A DNA stretch of 64,000 nucleotides from Solilutibacter pythonis. Its GTDB lineage: Bacteria; Pseudomonadota; Gammaproteobacteria; Xanthomonadales; Xanthomonadaceae. The stretch is from NCBI RefSeq assembly GCF_003697345.1, contig NZ_RFLY01000010.1, positions 40,070 to 104,069 of the forward strand. The letters run 5' to 3'. Shown one piece after another: positions 45,669-57,725 of the stretch. The notes below the pieces were generated by a model, which worked only from the letters and a program-made list of their open reading frames with translations, searched no databases and was not told the origin of the DNA. Position 1 is the stretch's first letter, and every line of letters begins with the position of its first letter. The translations under genes were made by a program, and so were the position numbers.

Positions 45669-46976
45669 CGAGCGTGGATCGACGTCGGTGCCGACCGCCT
45701 CGATCGCGCCGAACATCGCGCGCAGGTTGCCGGCGATGGTGACGCCATCGACCGGATAGGCGATTTCGCCGTTCTCGATCATGAAGCCGGCCGCGCCGCG
45801 CGAGTAATCGCCGGTAATCGAGTTGACGCCCTGCCCCATCAGTTCGGTGACATAGAGCGCGCGGGATTGGCCGCGGATGATCGAAGCGAGATCGCCCGCA
45901 TTCGCCAGCACGTCGAGATTGTGGATGCCGCCGGCATTGGCCGTGGTTTCCAGGCCGAGCTTGCGCGCCGAATAGCTGCCCAGCACGTAGCGGCGCACGA
46001 TGCCGCCCTCGACCAGGTGCGAACGCCGGGTCGCCACGCCCTCGCCATCGAACGAAGCGGAGCGGAAACCGCGCGGCAGGAACGGATTTTCCTCGATGGC
46101 GAACCAATCGGGAAACAGCCGCTGGCCAACCGAATCGCAAAGGAAACTAGCACGCCGGTACAGCGCGCCGCCGGATACCGCGCCGATGTAATGGCCGATC
46201 AGGCCACGCGCGACTTCGGCATCGAAGATCACCGGCAACGCGCCGGTCGGCAGGCCGCGAGGCGCCAGCCGCGACAGCGCGCGCTGGGCGGCACAGCGAC
46301 CGACCGATGCGGCGTCTTCCACCGCATCCAGCGACAGCGCCGTGCTGTACCAACCATCGCGCTGCATGGCCTCGCCCCGCCCCGCGATCAACGCGCAGCC
46401 CAGCGTGTAGCGGGTGTCGCGCTCGCGCCCGACGAAACCGTGCGAATTGGCGTACACCGACAGGGACTGCCCGCCACCGAACGAAGCGCCATCGGAATTG
46501 CCGATGCGCGGATCGAGTTCGCGGCCGGCCGTCTCGGCGGCGAGCGCGCGCTCCACCGCCTCGTCCGCGCTCAGCGGGGCGGGATGCCAGGCATCGAATT
46601 CGCGCGGGTCTTTCGCCATCAGCGCGGCATCGGCGAGGCCGGCGGCTTCGTCCTCCTCGGTATGGCGGGCGATGGCGCAGGCTTGTTCCACCGTGGCCGC
46701 GAGGCTTTCCTCGCGCACGTCGCCGGTACTGGCGCTGCCCTTCTTCCTTCCGAAATAAACGGTGACGGCGATGCCGCGATCCTGGGTGGATTCGACGGTT
46801 TCCACCTCGCCCATGCGCACGCCGACGTTCAGGCCCTTCGCGTCGCTGCAACTGACTTCCGCCTGGCTCGCGCCATGGCGGCGGGCGAGGTCGAGCAGGC
46901 GCCCGGCGCTGGCTTCCAGGCGATCCAGACGCGCGAGGCTGTCGTCGTGGGCAAGTTCGGTGGTGGTGGTGGTCAT
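45615..46976 (-). CDS. pmbA: metalloprotease PmbA (TldE)
   Basis: 453 aa of the TldD/PmbA family. C-terminus …RTGSILVGGMTVAGR. Divergent from yjgA, as in E. coli. Confidence 0.9.
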   Translation of the reverse strand: MTTTTTELAHDDSLARLDRLEASAGRLLDLARRHGASQAEVSCSDAKGLNVGVRMGEVETVESTQDRGIAVTVYFGRKKGSASTGDVREESLAATVEQACAIARHTEEDEAAGLADAALMAKDPREFDAWHPAPLSADEAVERALAAETAGRELDPRIGNSDGASFGGGQSLSVYANSHGFVGRERDTRYTLGCALIAGRGEAMQRDGWYSTALSLDAVEDAASVGRCAAQRALSRLAPRGLPTGALPVIFDAEVARGLIGHYIGAVSGGALYRRASFLCDSVGQRLFPDWFAIEENPFLPRGFRSASFDGEGVATRRSHLVEGGIVRRYVLGSYSARKLGLETTANAGGIHNLDVLANAGDLASIIRGQSRALYVTELMGQGVNSITGDYSRGAAGFMIENGEIAYPVDGVTIAGNLRAMFGAIEAVGTDVDPRSHVRTGSILVGGMTVAGR

Positions 46977-46998
46977 GACTTATCCTGTGGCGAAACTT

Positions 46999-47575
46999 TC
47001 AGAAGGTGGCAACGATGCGCGGACGCGATGAAGAAACCGGTGAATTCATATCGCCCAGCCGCAGCGAGCAGCGCCGCGCCGCGCTCGACGTGCTGGCGCT
47101 GGCGCACGTACTGGTGGAAAAAACCGCAACCGAGCTGAAAAAGCTGCCGATGGACGACACCCTGCGCGGCCACGCGCTGGATGCCCGGCGCATCACCGCG
47201 CCAATCGCGCGGAAGCGGGCGGTGGCCTTCCTCGCCAAGCAGATGCGCAAGGAAGAGGACGAAACGCTCGACGCCATCCGCGATGCGCTGGACGCCAACA
47301 GCGAGGGCTCGCGCCGACAGGTGGCCGCGATGCACCGCGCCGAGCACTGGCGGACGCGCCTGTTGGAGGACGGCGATGCGGCGTTGACCGCCTTCATCGA
47401 CGAGCACCCGCAAGCCGACCGGCAACGGCTGCGCCAACTGGTGCGCAATGCGCAGGAAGAGGCGAAGCGCGGCAAGCCGCCGCGCGCGTTCCGCGAGCTG
47501 TACCGGGAAGTGCTGGCGGCGGCGGGGGCCGGAAGCCCTGGCTCGGAGATCGAGGAAGCGCCGGGCATCGAATAG
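46999..47575 (+). CDS. yjgA: ribosome-associated protein YjgA (DUF615)
   Basis: Acidic N-terminus, basic middle, and C-terminus …QRLRQLVRNAQEEAKRGKPPRAFRELYREV… matching E. coli YjgA …[31 protein letters not shown]…. Confidence 0.75.
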
Positions 47576-47681
47576 ACGCCGGGAGCCGCGCCATCCATCA
47601 AGCCACGCCAGCCTTCACACGCTCCAATGGTCGTCGCTTTTCCCTGGCCCCCGGCCTCCGATCGCCAACCTCCGCCAACCA

Positions 47682-49124
47682 TCAAGCCCGCGTCCCGCCC
47701 ACCGTCAGCTCGCTGATCTTCAGCGAGGGCTGACCAACGCCGACCGGCACCGATTGCCCGTCCTTGCCGCAAACGCCGACGCCATCGTCTAGCGCCAGAT
47801 CGTGGCCGATCATCGTCACCCGCTGCATGGTCTCCGGGCCGTTGCCGATCAGCGTCGCGCCCTTCACCGGCGCGGTCACCTTGCCGTCTTCGATGAGGTA
47901 AGCCTCGGTGGCCGAAAATACGTACTTGCCACTGGTGATGTCCACCTGGCCGCCACCGAAATTGACCGCGTACAGCCCGCGCTTGACCGACTTGATCATG
48001 TCCGCCGGGTCGTCCTGCCCCGCCAGCATGTAGGTATTGGTCATGCGCGGCATCACCAGGTGCGCAAAGGATTCGCGGCGGCCGTTGCCGGTGGGCGCCA
48101 TGCCCATCAGCCGGGCGTTGAGCGTGTCCTGCATGTAGCCGGTGAGGACGCCATCCTCGATCAGCGTGGTCGATTGCGTCGGCGTGCCTTCGTCATCGCA
48201 ATTGAGCGAGCCGCGCCGGGCCGCCAGCGTGGCGTCATCGACGATGGTGACGCCGGGCGAAGCCACGCGCTGGCCCATCCGCCCGGCATAGGTCGACGTG
48301 CCCTTGCGGTTGAAATCGCCTTCCAGCCCGTGGCCGACCGCTTCGTGCAGCAGCACGCCGGTCCAGCCGTTGCCGAGCACCACCGGCATCACCCCGGCCG
48401 GGGCGTCGATAGCTTCGAGGTTCAACAATGCCTGGCGCAATGCCTCGCGGGCGAATTTCTCCGGCTGGCCGTCGCCCAGCAGCCGCGCATAGGAATAGCG
48501 CCCGCCAAAGCCGGCATAGCCGGATTCGCGCCGGCCGTCCTGTTCGACGATCACCTGCACGTTCATCCGTACCAATGGGCGCACGTCGGCGGCCAGCACG
48601 CCGTCGCTACGCGCCACCAGCACCGTATCGAGCGCGGCCGACAGGCTCACCATCACCTGCCGGACGCGCGGGTCGAGGCTGCGCAAGAGCGCATCCACGC
48701 GGCGCAACGCCTCCACTTTCGCTTCGTTGCCGAGCGCGTCGATCGGGTCCTCGGCGCCGTAAAGCGCACGCACCCGCCGCGGCGCCAACGCCTGCGCGTC
48801 CGATGCCCCGCCGGCCCGGGCGATGGCGCGAGCGGAACCGGCGGCGGCCAGCAGCGCGGCGGCGTCGATCTCGCCGGAATAGGCGAAGCCGGTCTTCTCG
48901 CCGCTGATCGCGCGAACGCCGACGCCCTGCTCAATTGAATGCGCGCCCTCCTTGACGATACCGTCCTCCATCGACCAGCTTTCGCGCCGCGCGTGCTGGA
49001 AATACAGATCGCCGAAGTCGGCGCCGGAGGCCAGCAGGCGGGAAAAGGCATGGTCGAGGTCGGCCAACGCGAGGCCGGCGGGCGCAAGCAGTCGGGATTC
49101 GGCAAGAGTCAGGGCCTGGGTCAT
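47682..49124 (-). CDS. tldD: metalloprotease TldD
   Basis: 480 aa of the TldD family (…GFAYSGEID…, …[18 protein letters not shown]…). Confidence 0.95.
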   Translation of the reverse strand: MTQALTLAESRLLAPAGLALADLDHAFSRLLASGADFGDLYFQHARRESWSMEDGIVKEGAHSIEQGVGVRAISGEKTGFAYSGEIDAAALLAAAGSARAIARAGGASDAQALAPRRVRALYGAEDPIDALGNEAKVEALRRVDALLRSLDPRVRQVMVSLSAALDTVLVARSDGVLAADVRPLVRMNVQVIVEQDGRRESGYAGFGGRYSYARLLGDGQPEKFAREALRQALLNLEAIDAPAGVMPVVLGNGWTGVLLHEAVGHGLEGDFNRKGTSTYAGRMGQRVASPGVTIVDDATLAARRGSLNCDDEGTPTQSTTLIEDGVLTGYMQDTLNARLMGMAPTGNGRRESFAHLVMPRMTNTYMLAGQDDPADMIKSVKRGLYAVNFGGGQVDITSGKYVFSATEAYLIEDGKVTAPVKGATLIGNGPETMQRVTMIGHDLALDDGVGVCGKDGQSVPVGVGQPSLKISELTVGGTRA

Positions 49125-49200
49125 CGGGATGCACGTTACGGGAGTGGAGTGGATATGGGGATGGCGGCGCGATTTGCCAGCCAGGCGGTTGCCGACCGGC

Positions 49201-52200
49201 TCACGGCGGCGGGCTGGCGGCGTGCTGCGCGCGCGGCTTCGCCAGCACCTCCACCTTGGGCTCGCCCCACGGGCCGGTGACGCGATAGGTCTTGGCGCCG
49301 ACCTCGCTCAAAGGCTTCTTCAACACCGCGTTGGCCACCGCGCCCACCGCCGCGCCCACCGGCCCACCGGCCAGCGCGCCGGCGACGGTCAGCAGGTTGC
49401 CGGTGCGCGGCTTGACCTCGATGGTCTGGTCGAAACGTTGCGCGCGCAGGTCGGCGCTGCCAGCGATGCCGATCTGCGCCGCCGGCCCCTCGATCACGAT
49501 GCCCTCGCTGCGGGCATGGCCTTCGCCGAATCGGACCCGGCCCTCGATCCGGTCGAAAGCGAAGCCCTTATCGAAGAAATCGCGGAAATCCAGCGTCAGG
49601 CGATGCGGCAGACGGGCCACGCTGAGCAGGCCGAGCACGCGCCCGGCCCCCGGCTCCAGCTCGCTCAACTGCCCATCCTTGATCAACGCCGCCAGACTGC
49701 CCTCGATCCGCGCCGGATCGAAATCCGACGGCGCGCCCGGCCAAGCCAGCGACAACGCCGCGTTGCCCTGCCCCTTCCTCATTTGACCGGACAGGCCGAA
49801 AGCGCCCAGCAGGCCGCCGAAATCCTCGCTGCGAAGCTGCGCATCGAAGCGGCTGCGGGCGGCCACGCCGCGTCCGTTCCAACTGCCGCTGACGTCGATC
49901 CGCTGCCTCGGCGCGCGCAGTTCCAACGCTTCGACCTGCATCCCGGCGGTGCTGGGCCGGCTGCGGAAGGCAAGCTGGCCGAACGCGCTGCCGTTGAGGC
50001 GGAAATCCTGCACGGCGATATCCAGCGGCGGCACGCCGGCCGGATCGATGTCGCCGCCGGCGGCGGTCTGGACGACGCCATTGGCCGTGGCCAACGGCGT
50101 GCCGATGGCGAAATCGACGCGCTGGAAACGGCCATTCACCGTTGCGCCCTCGGCATGCGGAATGGCGAGACTGCCGGCGATGCCGACGCCTTCGAGCCGC
50201 GCCCGGGTGGCATTGCCGGCGGTCTCCACCTGCATGCGCGTCTCGGCGAAGCGCTGCCCCAGCAGCAGCAGCAGCCGCGCGGCGCGCACGTCGATCCGCA
50301 CCGGACCGAGCGCATTTCCCGATACGCCACCGCCCAGGCCGCCCACGAATCCGGCCCAGGCCAGCGCATCCACCTCGCCCGCGCGGCCATCGACCACCAG
50401 CCCCTGCGCCGGCGGCGCGCCCGCGGCATTGGCGCGCCCCAGCGTGGCGCGGATGCCGGTACGGCCGCCACGGTGCCGCGCACGCAGGCCCAGCCGCTGG
50501 CCCAGGCTCACGTCCACCTCGCCGTTGTCGACCGGCATCGGGATGCGCACGGTGGCCGCCAGTGGCTCGCCGGCCGGTTTGCCAAGCGGCGGCGGCAGGT
50601 CGATGGCGGTGCCGACCAGGTTGGAACTCAACGTCACCCGGCTTGGCAACGCGTTGGCGGCCGCGCCGCCGGCCGGCAACGCCACCGCGACGTTCCACGC
50701 CGAGCGGCCATGCAGCCAGGGCTTCAACCAAGCCATGTCCGGGGCGCGGTCGAGCAGGGCGGCGGCGGTGAGACTGCCGGCCAGATCGGCCTCGAACACG
50801 TTGCGCCGGTCCTCGACGTGCGGCGTGCCGGCGCGCAGCGACAAACGCCCCGGCCGGCCCTCCTGCGTGACCGCCAGCGCATCGGCGCGGAAGCCGTGAC
50901 CGTCGTAACGCGCCCGGCCGCGCACGTCACGGAAGGTCAGTTTCAGCTCGCGTTCGCTGAGCGAGGCGCCCTGCAAATCGACGGTACCGGCGATGCGCTG
51001 CGGCGGGCCGCCGCCGTGGAGCGGCTGGAACAACGAAAAAGTGGCGCGCGCCGGCCCGCTGGCAGCCACCCGGGCGAACGTATCGGCCAGGGTTTTGTCG
51101 AGCGGGCTTCCGCGTAGCACCGCGAGGAAGCCCGCGGCATCGCCACGGCCGCGGGCCTCGATGCTCAGCTCGGCCCGGTCGAAATTCGGAATTTCGGCGC
51201 TGATCGCCTCGATTTGCACGCCCCCCAACTGACCGCCGCCCTCGACCTTCATCCCAGGGCCGATGAAAGCGGCCTTGAGCGAAGCCGACTGGATCGGCGG
51301 CCAGTCCGGCTGGAAACGCAACTGGCCGTTCTCGATCTGGGCCAGCGCCTCGAAACGGCCGTTGTGGCGGCTGAAGGGCCAGTCGTCGAGATCGCCGCTG
51401 ACGATCGCCCGGGCATGCCTGAGCCTGCCGCCGACCAGCGCCATGTCCAGCCACTGCACGGCTTCCTTCGGCATGAGATGGCGAATCCAGAATTTTTTCG
51501 CCACCGGCACTTCCGCGCCGTCGATGTTGGCGGCGAGGTCGATCCACGGCCGACTGCCGTCGTTCTGGAACCACAGCCCGCCCCGGGCATCACCGCGATA
51601 GCCCTCGCCCTCGACGCGCAGATGGCCGGTGCCCAAGCGCACGCCCTTGCCCTCGCGCCACAGCGCCACCGTGCCGCGCGCGCTAATCGGGTGCTTGACC
51701 CCGAAACCGCGCGGCCAGTCGAAGACCATCCGCGCCCGTGGATCGAGCGCCAGCGCCACGCCATCGCCATCGCCGTTCACCCGCCCGCCGACGCCGGACA
51801 GGCCCGGCGCGTCGCCCACCGGCAGGAAGCCCAGGCCCTCAGTGTCGGCCTCGACCCAGTCGAGCCGGCCCGCCTCGCCGCGCATGGACAGCCCGCGCAC
51901 CTCGCCGCTGGGACGGGCGCGTCCGATCCAATGACGCAAACCGGTCGGCAGCGCATCGCTCAGATCGACCAGCGCCAGCAGCGGCTCCAGCGAGACCTGC
52001 GGCGCGTCGATGGCCCAACGGTCCTGGCGGCGGGCGATCGCCAGCCCGTCCATGCGGGTCTCGCGGCCCTGCCGGCGCAGCGCCAACTGCGGCAGATCGA
52101 AGCGCCAGCCAGCTTCCTCGCGCACGAAGCGGGCGCGCTGCCGCAACCGCTCGAAACGCAGCTCGGGCAACGCCCCGGGGGCGGGGTCGGCCGGCGCCAG

Positions 52201-53019
52201 CACCACGTCGGACAGGTCGGCAACACTGCTCACCGATGCCACACGGTGTCCCTTCAGCGCCAGCCAGGTCTGGGCGCGGCCATGGCCGGCCACCAGCATC
52301 AGGCCCCGCCAGCGCAGCAGTTCCGACCAACCGGCCAGATCCAGTCGGCGTGCGCCGGCGAAGAAACGACCATCACCGCTTTCACGGTTGAAATCGAGAC
52401 TGCCGGTCAAGGGCGACTGCCCGGCGCGCGGCCAGGCGCGCACGCCGGCCCTGACCCGCGCGCCGCCGACCTGCACCCGCAGATCGATACGCGGAATCTC
52501 GACATCGATGCCGCTGGCCGGCGCCAGCACCCGCAGCCGGCCGCCGACCACTTGCAGTTCGCCAAGGTCCTGCAAGCTGTCGAGCGGGTCGCGACGACCG
52601 CTCTGCCCCGGCATACCGCGCACATGCCATTCGCCGGCGACGTTGCGCTCCAGCGTCAACGCCAGTCCATGCAGGCGCAGTTCGGTCATCCGCCGCCCCG
52701 GCAGCCAACCGGTATAGGGCGCCAGCAACACTTCGGCTTGGCCTATCGGGATGGCATCGGCCCCGGGGCCGACGCGCAGGCCGGAGAGCCGCAGCAACGG
52801 CCCGCGCCGGGTCCATTCGGCCTCAAGCCCGGAAAACGCGACCGGCTGCGACGCCTTCGCCGAAAGCCAGCCGGCGACCCGCGCCGGATTGGCCTCCAGC
52901 CAGTTCAGGCTTTGGATCGCCGCGCCAAACGCCAGCGCCAGCGACAACGCCACCAGCGCGAAGACATACCAGACCGACTTGCCGGCGAAACGCAAACCAC
53001 GGCGCAACGGCGAGGGCAT
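49201..53019 (-). CDS. yhdP: AsmA-like/YhdP family large envelope protein (1272 aa)
   Basis: N-terminal TM anchor, then a ~1250-aa beta-rich AsmA-like (DUF3971) region. Same size and position (next to tldD and rng) as E. coli yhdP. Confidence 0.8.
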   Translation of the reverse strand: MPSPLRRGLRFAGKSVWYVFALVALSLALAFGAAIQSLNWLEANPARVAGWLSAKASQPVAFSGLEAEWTRRGPLLRLSGLRVGPGADAIPIGQAEVLLAPYTGWLPGRRMTELRLHGLALTLERNVAGEWHVRGMPGQSGRRDPLDSLQDLGELQVVGGRLRVLAPASGIDVEIPRIDLRVQVGGARVRAGVRAWPRAGQSPLTGSLDFNRESGDGRFFAGARRLDLAGWSELLRWRGLMLVAGHGRAQTWLALKGHRVASVSSVADLSDVVLAPADPAPGALPELRFERLRQRARFVREEAGWRFDLPQLALRRQGRETRMDGLAIARRQDRWAIDAPQVSLEPLLALVDLSDALPTGLRHWIGRARPSGEVRGLSMRGEAGRLDWVEADTEGLGFLPVGDAPGLSGVGGRVNGDGDGVALALDPRARMVFDWPRGFGVKHPISARGTVALWREGKGVRLGTGHLRVEGEGYRGDARGGLWFQNDGSRPWIDLAANIDGAEVPVAKKFWIRHLMPKEAVQWLDMALVGGRLRHARAIVSGDLDDWPFSRHNGRFEALAQIENGQLRFQPDWPPIQSASLKAAFIGPGMKVEGGGQLGGVQIEAISAEIPNFDRAELSIEARGRGDAAGFLAVLRGSPLDKTLADTFARVAASGPARATFSLFQPLHGGGPPQRIAGTVDLQGASLSERELKLTFRDVRGRARYDGHGFRADALAVTQEGRPGRLSLRAGTPHVEDRRNVFEADLAGSLTAAALLDRAPDMAWLKPWLHGRSAWNVAVALPAGGAAANALPSRVTLSSNLVGTAIDLPPPLGKPAGEPLAATVRIPMPVDNGEVDVSLGQRLGLRARHRGGRTGIRATLGRANAAGAPPAQGLVVDGRAGEVDALAWAGFVGGLGGGVSGNALGPVRIDVRAARLLLLLGQRFAETRMQVETAGNATRARLEGVGIAGSLAIPHAEGATVNGRFQRVDFAIGTPLATANGVVQTAAGGDIDPAGVPPLDIAVQDFRLNGSAFGQLAFRSRPSTAGMQVEALELRAPRQRIDVSGSWNGRGVAARSRFDAQLRSEDFGGLLGAFGLSGQMRKGQGNAALSLAWPGAPSDFDPARIEGSLAALIKDGQLSELEPGAGRVLGLLSVARLPHRLTLDFRDFFDKGFAFDRIEGRVRFGEGHARSEGIVIEGPAAQIGIAGSADLRAQRFDQTIEVKPRTGNLLTVAGALAGGPVGAAVGAVANAVLKKPLSEVGAKTYRVTGPWGEPKVEVLAKPRAQHAASPPP

Positions 53020-53032
53020 CGCTCAGCGCGCC

Positions 53033-54550
53033 TCAAAGCAGGACGACATCGTATTGCTCCTGCTGGTACTGCTCATCGGCCTGGAAACGGATGCTCTTGC
53101 CGAGGAACTCCTCCAGTTCGGCCACCGCCACCGATTCCTCGTCGGTGATGCGGTTGACCACGCCCGGCGAGGCGATCACCAGAAGACGCTCGGCCTCGAA
53201 CTGGCGCACCGCACGGGTGATCTCGCGGAAAATCTCGTAGGTCACGGTCTCGGTGGTCTTGATGGTGCCGCGCCCGCCGCACTGGCCGCAGGGTTCGGAC
53301 AACTGCCGCTCCAGGCTCTCGACCGTACGCTTGCGGGTCATTTCAACCAGGCCCAGCGGCGAGAAGTCGTACACCGTGGTCTTGGCATGGTCCTTCGCCA
53401 GCGATTTCTCCAGCGTGCGCAGCACTTGCCGGCGGTGCTCGGCATCGTGCATGTCGATGAAGTCGATGATGATGATCCCCCCCAGATTGCGCAGGCGCAG
53501 TTGACGCGCCACCGCCTGCGCCGCCTCCAGGTTGGTGCGGTAAACCGTTTCCTCCAGCGTGCGCTGGCCGAGGAAGCTACCGGTGTTCACGTCCACCGTG
53601 GCCATCGCCTCGGTCTGGTCGATTACCAAATAGCCCCCCGATTTCAACGGCACCTGCTTTTGCAGCGCGCGCTGGAGTTCGTCCTCGACCCCGTACAGGT
53701 CGAAGATCGGGCGCGTGCCGGAATAGTGCTCGATCTTGTCGGCCAGGCCGCCGTCCTCTCCGGTTTCGTTCTGGCCGGGCATGTACTGGGCGGCGAACAC
53801 CCGCAGCTTCTCGAAGGTCTCGCGCGAATCCACCCGCACTTTTTCCACGTCTCGGCGGATCAGGTCGCGCACCGCGCGCAGCGGCAGGCTGAGATCCTCG
53901 TACACGCATTCGCCGAGCGCCGACTCGCGCGAGCGCCGCTCGATGAGCGACCACATCCGGCTCAGATAACCGATGTCTTCGGCCAGCGCCTCGGACGGCT
54001 GGCCTTCGGCATTGGTGCGGATGATGTAACCGGCGGCGGAGGGCATCGACAACTCCCCGACCAACGCCTTCAGCCGCGCGCGCTCGGCCTCGTCCTCGAT
54101 CCGCGCCGAGACGCCCACCACCCGCGACTGCGGCAGCAGCACCAGGTAGCGCGAGGGGATGCTGATCTGGGTGGTGAGCCGCGCGCCCTTGCTGCCGATC
54201 GGGTCTTTCAGCACCTGCACCACGATGTCCTGGCCGTCGCGCAGCAGTTCGGTGATCGGCCGCGCCGGCGCATGCGTCGGCGGCTCTTCCAGGTGGCGCT
54301 CGTCGTTGCCGACCACCTCGCTGGGACGGTGGATGTCATTGGCATGCAGGAAGGCCGCCCGCTCCAGGCCGATGTCGACGAAGGCCGCCTGCATCCCCGG
54401 CATGACCCGCTGCACCCGACCCTTGTAGAGGTTGCCCACCACGCCGCGATGCCCGCCGCGTTCGATGTGCAGCTCTTGCAGCATGCCGTTTTCGACCACC
54501 GCCACGCGGGTCTCGCGCGGGGTGACGTTGACCAGGATCTCCTCGCTCAT
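53033..54550 (-). CDS. rng: ribonuclease G
   Basis: MSEEILVNVTPRETRVAVVENGMLQELHIER… is the S1 domain start. RNase E/G catalytic core. Confidence 0.9.
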   Translation of the reverse strand: MSEEILVNVTPRETRVAVVENGMLQELHIERGGHRGVVGNLYKGRVQRVMPGMQAAFVDIGLERAAFLHANDIHRPSEVVGNDERHLEEPPTHAPARPITELLRDGQDIVVQVLKDPIGSKGARLTTQISIPSRYLVLLPQSRVVGVSARIEDEAERARLKALVGELSMPSAAGYIIRTNAEGQPSEALAEDIGYLSRMWSLIERRSRESALGECVYEDLSLPLRAVRDLIRRDVEKVRVDSRETFEKLRVFAAQYMPGQNETGEDGGLADKIEHYSGTRPIFDLYGVEDELQRALQKQVPLKSGGYLVIDQTEAMATVDVNTGSFLGQRTLEETVYRTNLEAAQAVARQLRLRNLGGIIIIDFIDMHDAEHRRQVLRTLEKSLAKDHAKTTVYDFSPLGLVEMTRKRTVESLERQLSEPCGQCGGRGTIKTTETVTYEIFREITRAVRQFEAERLLVIASPGVVNRITDEESVAVAELEEFLGKSIRFQADEQYQQEQYDVVLL

Positions 54551-55116
54551 ACCGCCACCCCAAACCCGCGCAACAGCCCGGCGGTCTCGAACAACGGCAG
54601 GCCCATCACCCCGGAATGACTGCCTGAAAGATGGGCGATGAACGCCTGCGCCGCGCCCTGGACGGCATACCCGCCGGCCTTGCCCCGCCATTCTCCGCCC
54701 GCGACGTAACGGGCGATGCGCGCTTCGTCGAGGCGCCCGAAGCTCACTTCGGAAACCGACTCCGCATGCGCCTCGCGCCCGGCCGACAGCAGCCAGACCG
54801 ACGTCGCCACCACATGCGCGCGGCCCGACAGACGGCGCAGCATGGTGGCAGCATCCGCCGCGTCGGCGGGTTTGCCGAACACTTCGTCGTCGAGGATCAC
54901 TTCGGTATCAGCCCCCAGCACCAGCGCGTCCGGCACCGCCACCACCCGCAACAGGCCGGCGCCGGCCTTCTCTCGGGCCACGCGGCTCACGTATGCGCGC
55001 GCGGGTTCGTCCGCGCCGCGATGCTCGGGGATATCCAGTTCCAGGATGCCGAAATCCAGCCCAAGGCGGGCCAGCAGTTCGGCGCGGCGGGGAGAGCGCG
55101 AGGCGAGGTGCAACAT
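54547..55116 (-). CDS. maf: Maf-like nucleoside triphosphate pyrophosphatase
   Basis: MLHLASRSPRRAELLARLGL… is the Maf N-terminal signature. The stop overlaps the rng start (ATGA). Confidence 0.85.
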   Translation of the reverse strand: MLHLASRSPRRAELLARLGLDFGILELDIPEHRGADEPARAYVSRVAREKAGAGLLRVVAVPDALVLGADTEVILDDEVFGKPADAADAATMLRRLSGRAHVVATSVWLLSAGREAHAESVSEVSFGRLDEARIARYVAGGEWRGKAGGYAVQGAAQAFIAHLSGSHSGVMGLPLFETAGLLRGFGVAV

Positions 55117-55272
55117 CCGGGCAGAATAACCCGTCGAAGCTGCACCGATGGTCACTTGCGAAGCCTGCATGAACCTCCGCCAACCCCGCCCCGCGCCGCC
55201 AGCCCCGCCCCTTGTCACGGCCCGTTAACTCCCGCGGCACCACCCTCTTCCCCATACGAACAGGAGCTTTCC

Positions 55273-56010
55273 GTGAAACTTCGCCCCCTGATCCTCGCCC
55301 TGGCCCTCGCCACCGGAGCCGCCATGAACACCGCCAATGCCCAGAGCGCCCTCGCGCCACCCACCGTCGCCAGCAGCGATGGCACCCTCCTCTCCGTGAG
55401 CGCCGAGGCCAGCAGCACCCGCGTGCCCGACATCGCCATGATCTCCACCGGGGTAGTCAGCCGCGCCGCCGACACCGCGACCGCCATGCGCCAGAACGCC
55501 GAGCAGATGGCCAAGGTGATGGCCGCGCTGAAGCAGGCCGGAATCGCCGAGCGCGACATCCAGACCAGCGGCATCAACCTCAACCCGCAATACCACTACC
55601 AGCAAAACGAAACCCCGAAGATCACCGGCTACGAGGCGCGCAACACCGTCAGCGTGAAGGTGCGCGACCTGTCGAAGCTCGGCAAGACCATGGACACCCT
55701 GGTGGCCCAAGGCGCCAACGAGTTGAACGGCCCCAACTTCCAGGTCGACAAGCCTGACGAAGCCTATGACGAGGCCCGCCGCGGCGCGCTGGAAAAAGCG
55801 CAGGCGCGCGCCGGGATGTACGCCAAGACACTCGGCCTGCGCGTGCGCCGGATCGTCAGCATCGACGAGACCGGCGGCTATCGCCCGCCGGTACCGATGA
55901 TGCGCGCCATGGCGATGGACGCGAAAAACGCCGGCGCCGAAACCGCCGTCGCACCGGGCGAAAGCACGCTCTCGGTCAACCTCAACATCGTGTTCGAGCT
56001 CGGGCGCTGA
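55273..56010 (+). CDS. SIMPL-domain (DUF541, YggE-like) periplasmic protein
   Basis: GTG start with an aggag RBS 6 nt upstream. Signal peptide …ALATGAAMNTANA, then a SIMPL-like region (…GYEARNTVSVKVRDLSKLGKTMDTLVAQGANELNGPNFQV…). Confidence 0.75.
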   Translation: MKLRPLILALALATGAAMNTANAQSALAPPTVASSDGTLLSVSAEASSTRVPDIAMISTGVVSRAADTATAMRQNAEQMAKVMAALKQAGIAERDIQTSGINLNPQYHYQQNETPKITGYEARNTVSVKVRDLSKLGKTMDTLVAQGANELNGPNFQVDKPDEAYDEARRGALEKAQARAGMYAKTLGLRVRRIVSIDETGGYRPPVPMMRAMAMDAKNAGAETAVAPGESTLSVNLNIVFELGR

Positions 56011-56032
56011 GCTTTCCTTCACGTTCTCCACC

Positions 56033-56061
56033 GCGGGCCTGGCGACAGGCCCGCTTTTTTT
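56033..56061 (+). terminator. intrinsic terminator after the SIMPL gene
   Basis: gcgggcct-ggcgac-aggcccgc hairpin followed by TTTTTTT. Confidence 0.8.
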
Positions 56062-56320
56062 GGCCTTTCGAACGCCAGCGGCCAGGAAACCGCGCCCGCC
56101 TCATGACTCGCGGCAATGCATGCCGCAGCGCTCAGCCGTGGGCTGCCCCGCCCAGCCCCGAATCCCGCCCCTCAAGCGGATGCGTAATCCCCATGGGGGA
56201 TATTCGAAGGGCCGACCCGGGGAAATCGCAGCGCCCCGCTGAAATCCCAAAAGTTTCTTCGCCCGCGCAACCCCGCGCCAAGGCTTCGCACGTTGTCCCC
56301 GATGCCCTTCCTTCGAGGAC

Positions 56321-57037
56321 ATGCAAATGGCCAAGTCGATCCCCGCGTCTTTTTCTTCCCCCGCCTCCCACCCGCTGGACCCGGCGCGCATCTCCGGCAT
56401 CAGCGCGGCACTGGCGGTGCATCTGGTCGCCCTCGGCCTGCTGGCGATGCCAACCCGCCCCGCGCCGGCGCCAGCGCCGACCGCATCGCCCGACGAGCGC
56501 GTGCCATTTGTCTTCCACGTAGCCCTACCGCCGCCGCCCATGGTACCGACGCCCATCATGGAAATAACGCGACGGCCGCCATCGCGCACCCAGCCCCCGA
56601 CGCTCATCACGCCGCCACCGCCAAGCACGCTGCATGTAGCGAACCTCGACATGTCCAGCGATGCGCCGGTCATCGCCGATCGCGGCGAAGCGATCCCCCT
56701 GCCCAGCGCCGAACCATCGCCACCTCTCCCGCCCGGCTCCGGCGACGGCCCGCCAGCCAGCGGCATCGCCCTGCAATATCGTCTGAACCCGCCACCGGCT
56801 TACCCGCGCGAAGCCCTGCGCGACGGCCTGCAAGGCACGGTGATGCTGCGCGTGCTGGTGGATGAAGCCGGCAACCCGCTGGAAGTGAGCATCGAGCGCG
56901 GCAGCGGCCACCGCCTGCTCGACCGCGCCGCGCGCGAACAGGTGCTGAAACATTGGAAATTCGTGCCGGCAACCAAAGACGGCCACCCGATACGGGCAAT
57001 CGGCCATGTACCGGTGGATTTCGTGATCGGCGGCTAG
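56321..57037 (+). CDS. TonB-family energy transducer
   Basis: N-terminal TM helix, a long Pro-rich spacer, and a C-terminal TonB_C domain (…YPREALRDGLQGTVMLRVLVDEAGNPLEVSIERGSGHRLLDRAAREQV…). Confidence 0.75.
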   Translation: MQMAKSIPASFSSPASHPLDPARISGISAALAVHLVALGLLAMPTRPAPAPAPTASPDERVPFVFHVALPPPPMVPTPIMEITRRPPSRTQPPTLITPPPPSTLHVANLDMSSDAPVIADRGEAIPLPSAEPSPPLPPGSGDGPPASGIALQYRLNPPPAYPREALRDGLQGTVMLRVLVDEAGNPLEVSIERGSGHRLLDRAAREQVLKHWKFVPATKDGHPIRAIGHVPVDFVIGG

Positions 57038-57179
57038 CCGTGATCTTTTCCACGGCCTGTGCCCACGCTCGGCCGGAGACCGCCGTCCACGGCCCCGCCT
57101 GGGCTACAAGCCGACGATCTCCCGCATCACGATGAACAGCATGCGAGGTTTACGCAGCCAGGCCGCCGCCGCGCACGGC

Positions 57180-57650
57180 TCAGGCGCGGTGGTAGGGGTG
57201 GTTGGACAGCATCGACTGCGCGCGATACAACTGTTCGGCCAGCAGCAGCCTCACCAGCATATGCGGCAGGGTCAACGGGCCGAGCGACCAAGCTTCGTCG
57301 GCGCGGGCGATCACCTCCGGGGCGTGGCCTTCCGGCCCGCCGATCAGGAAGGCGAGATCGCGGCCCTGCCCGCGCCAGTGCTCCAGGCGCGCGGCCAGCG
57401 TTTCCGAACACCACGGCTTGCCGCCGCCGTCCATCGCCACCACCCAGGCCCCTTTCGGAATGGCCGCCAGCACGCGCTCACCTTCCTCGCTCATCGCCCG
57501 TGCGGGATCGCGGCCCTTGCCACGCACGCCGGGCGCGATTTCCACCAGTTGCAGCGGCAGCCCGTGCGAAAGGCGCTTCCGGTATTCGGCGAAACCCTCG
57601 GCCACCCAACCGGGCGGGCGCTCACCGACGGCGATCAGGCTGGCTTTCAT
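57180..57650 (-). CDS. rlmH: 23S rRNA (pseudouridine1915-N3)-methyltransferase
   Basis: MKASLIAVGERPPGWV… is SPOUT family. Position downstream of rsfS as in E. coli (ybeB-ybeA). Confidence 0.9.
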   Translation of the reverse strand: MKASLIAVGERPPGWVAEGFAEYRKRLSHGLPLQLVEIAPGVRGKGRDPARAMSEEGERVLAAIPKGAWVVAMDGGGKPWCSETLAARLEHWRGQGRDLAFLIGGPEGHAPEVIARADEAWSLGPLTLPHMLVRLLLAEQLYRAQSMLSNHPYHRA

Positions 57651-57725
57651 GAGGACGCGCGGGTGCTGGCCGGGGCGGGCGCCGATACGGCACCGAGCAC
57701 TGGCGAACGCCGCTTTCACCCATCG

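Noticed and set aside
56178-56187. 10-bp perfect palindrome ccccatgggg upstream of the TonB-like gene
   Set aside because: It is too short and GC-biased to call an operator without comparative support. No Fur-box-like AT-rich motif is nearby.
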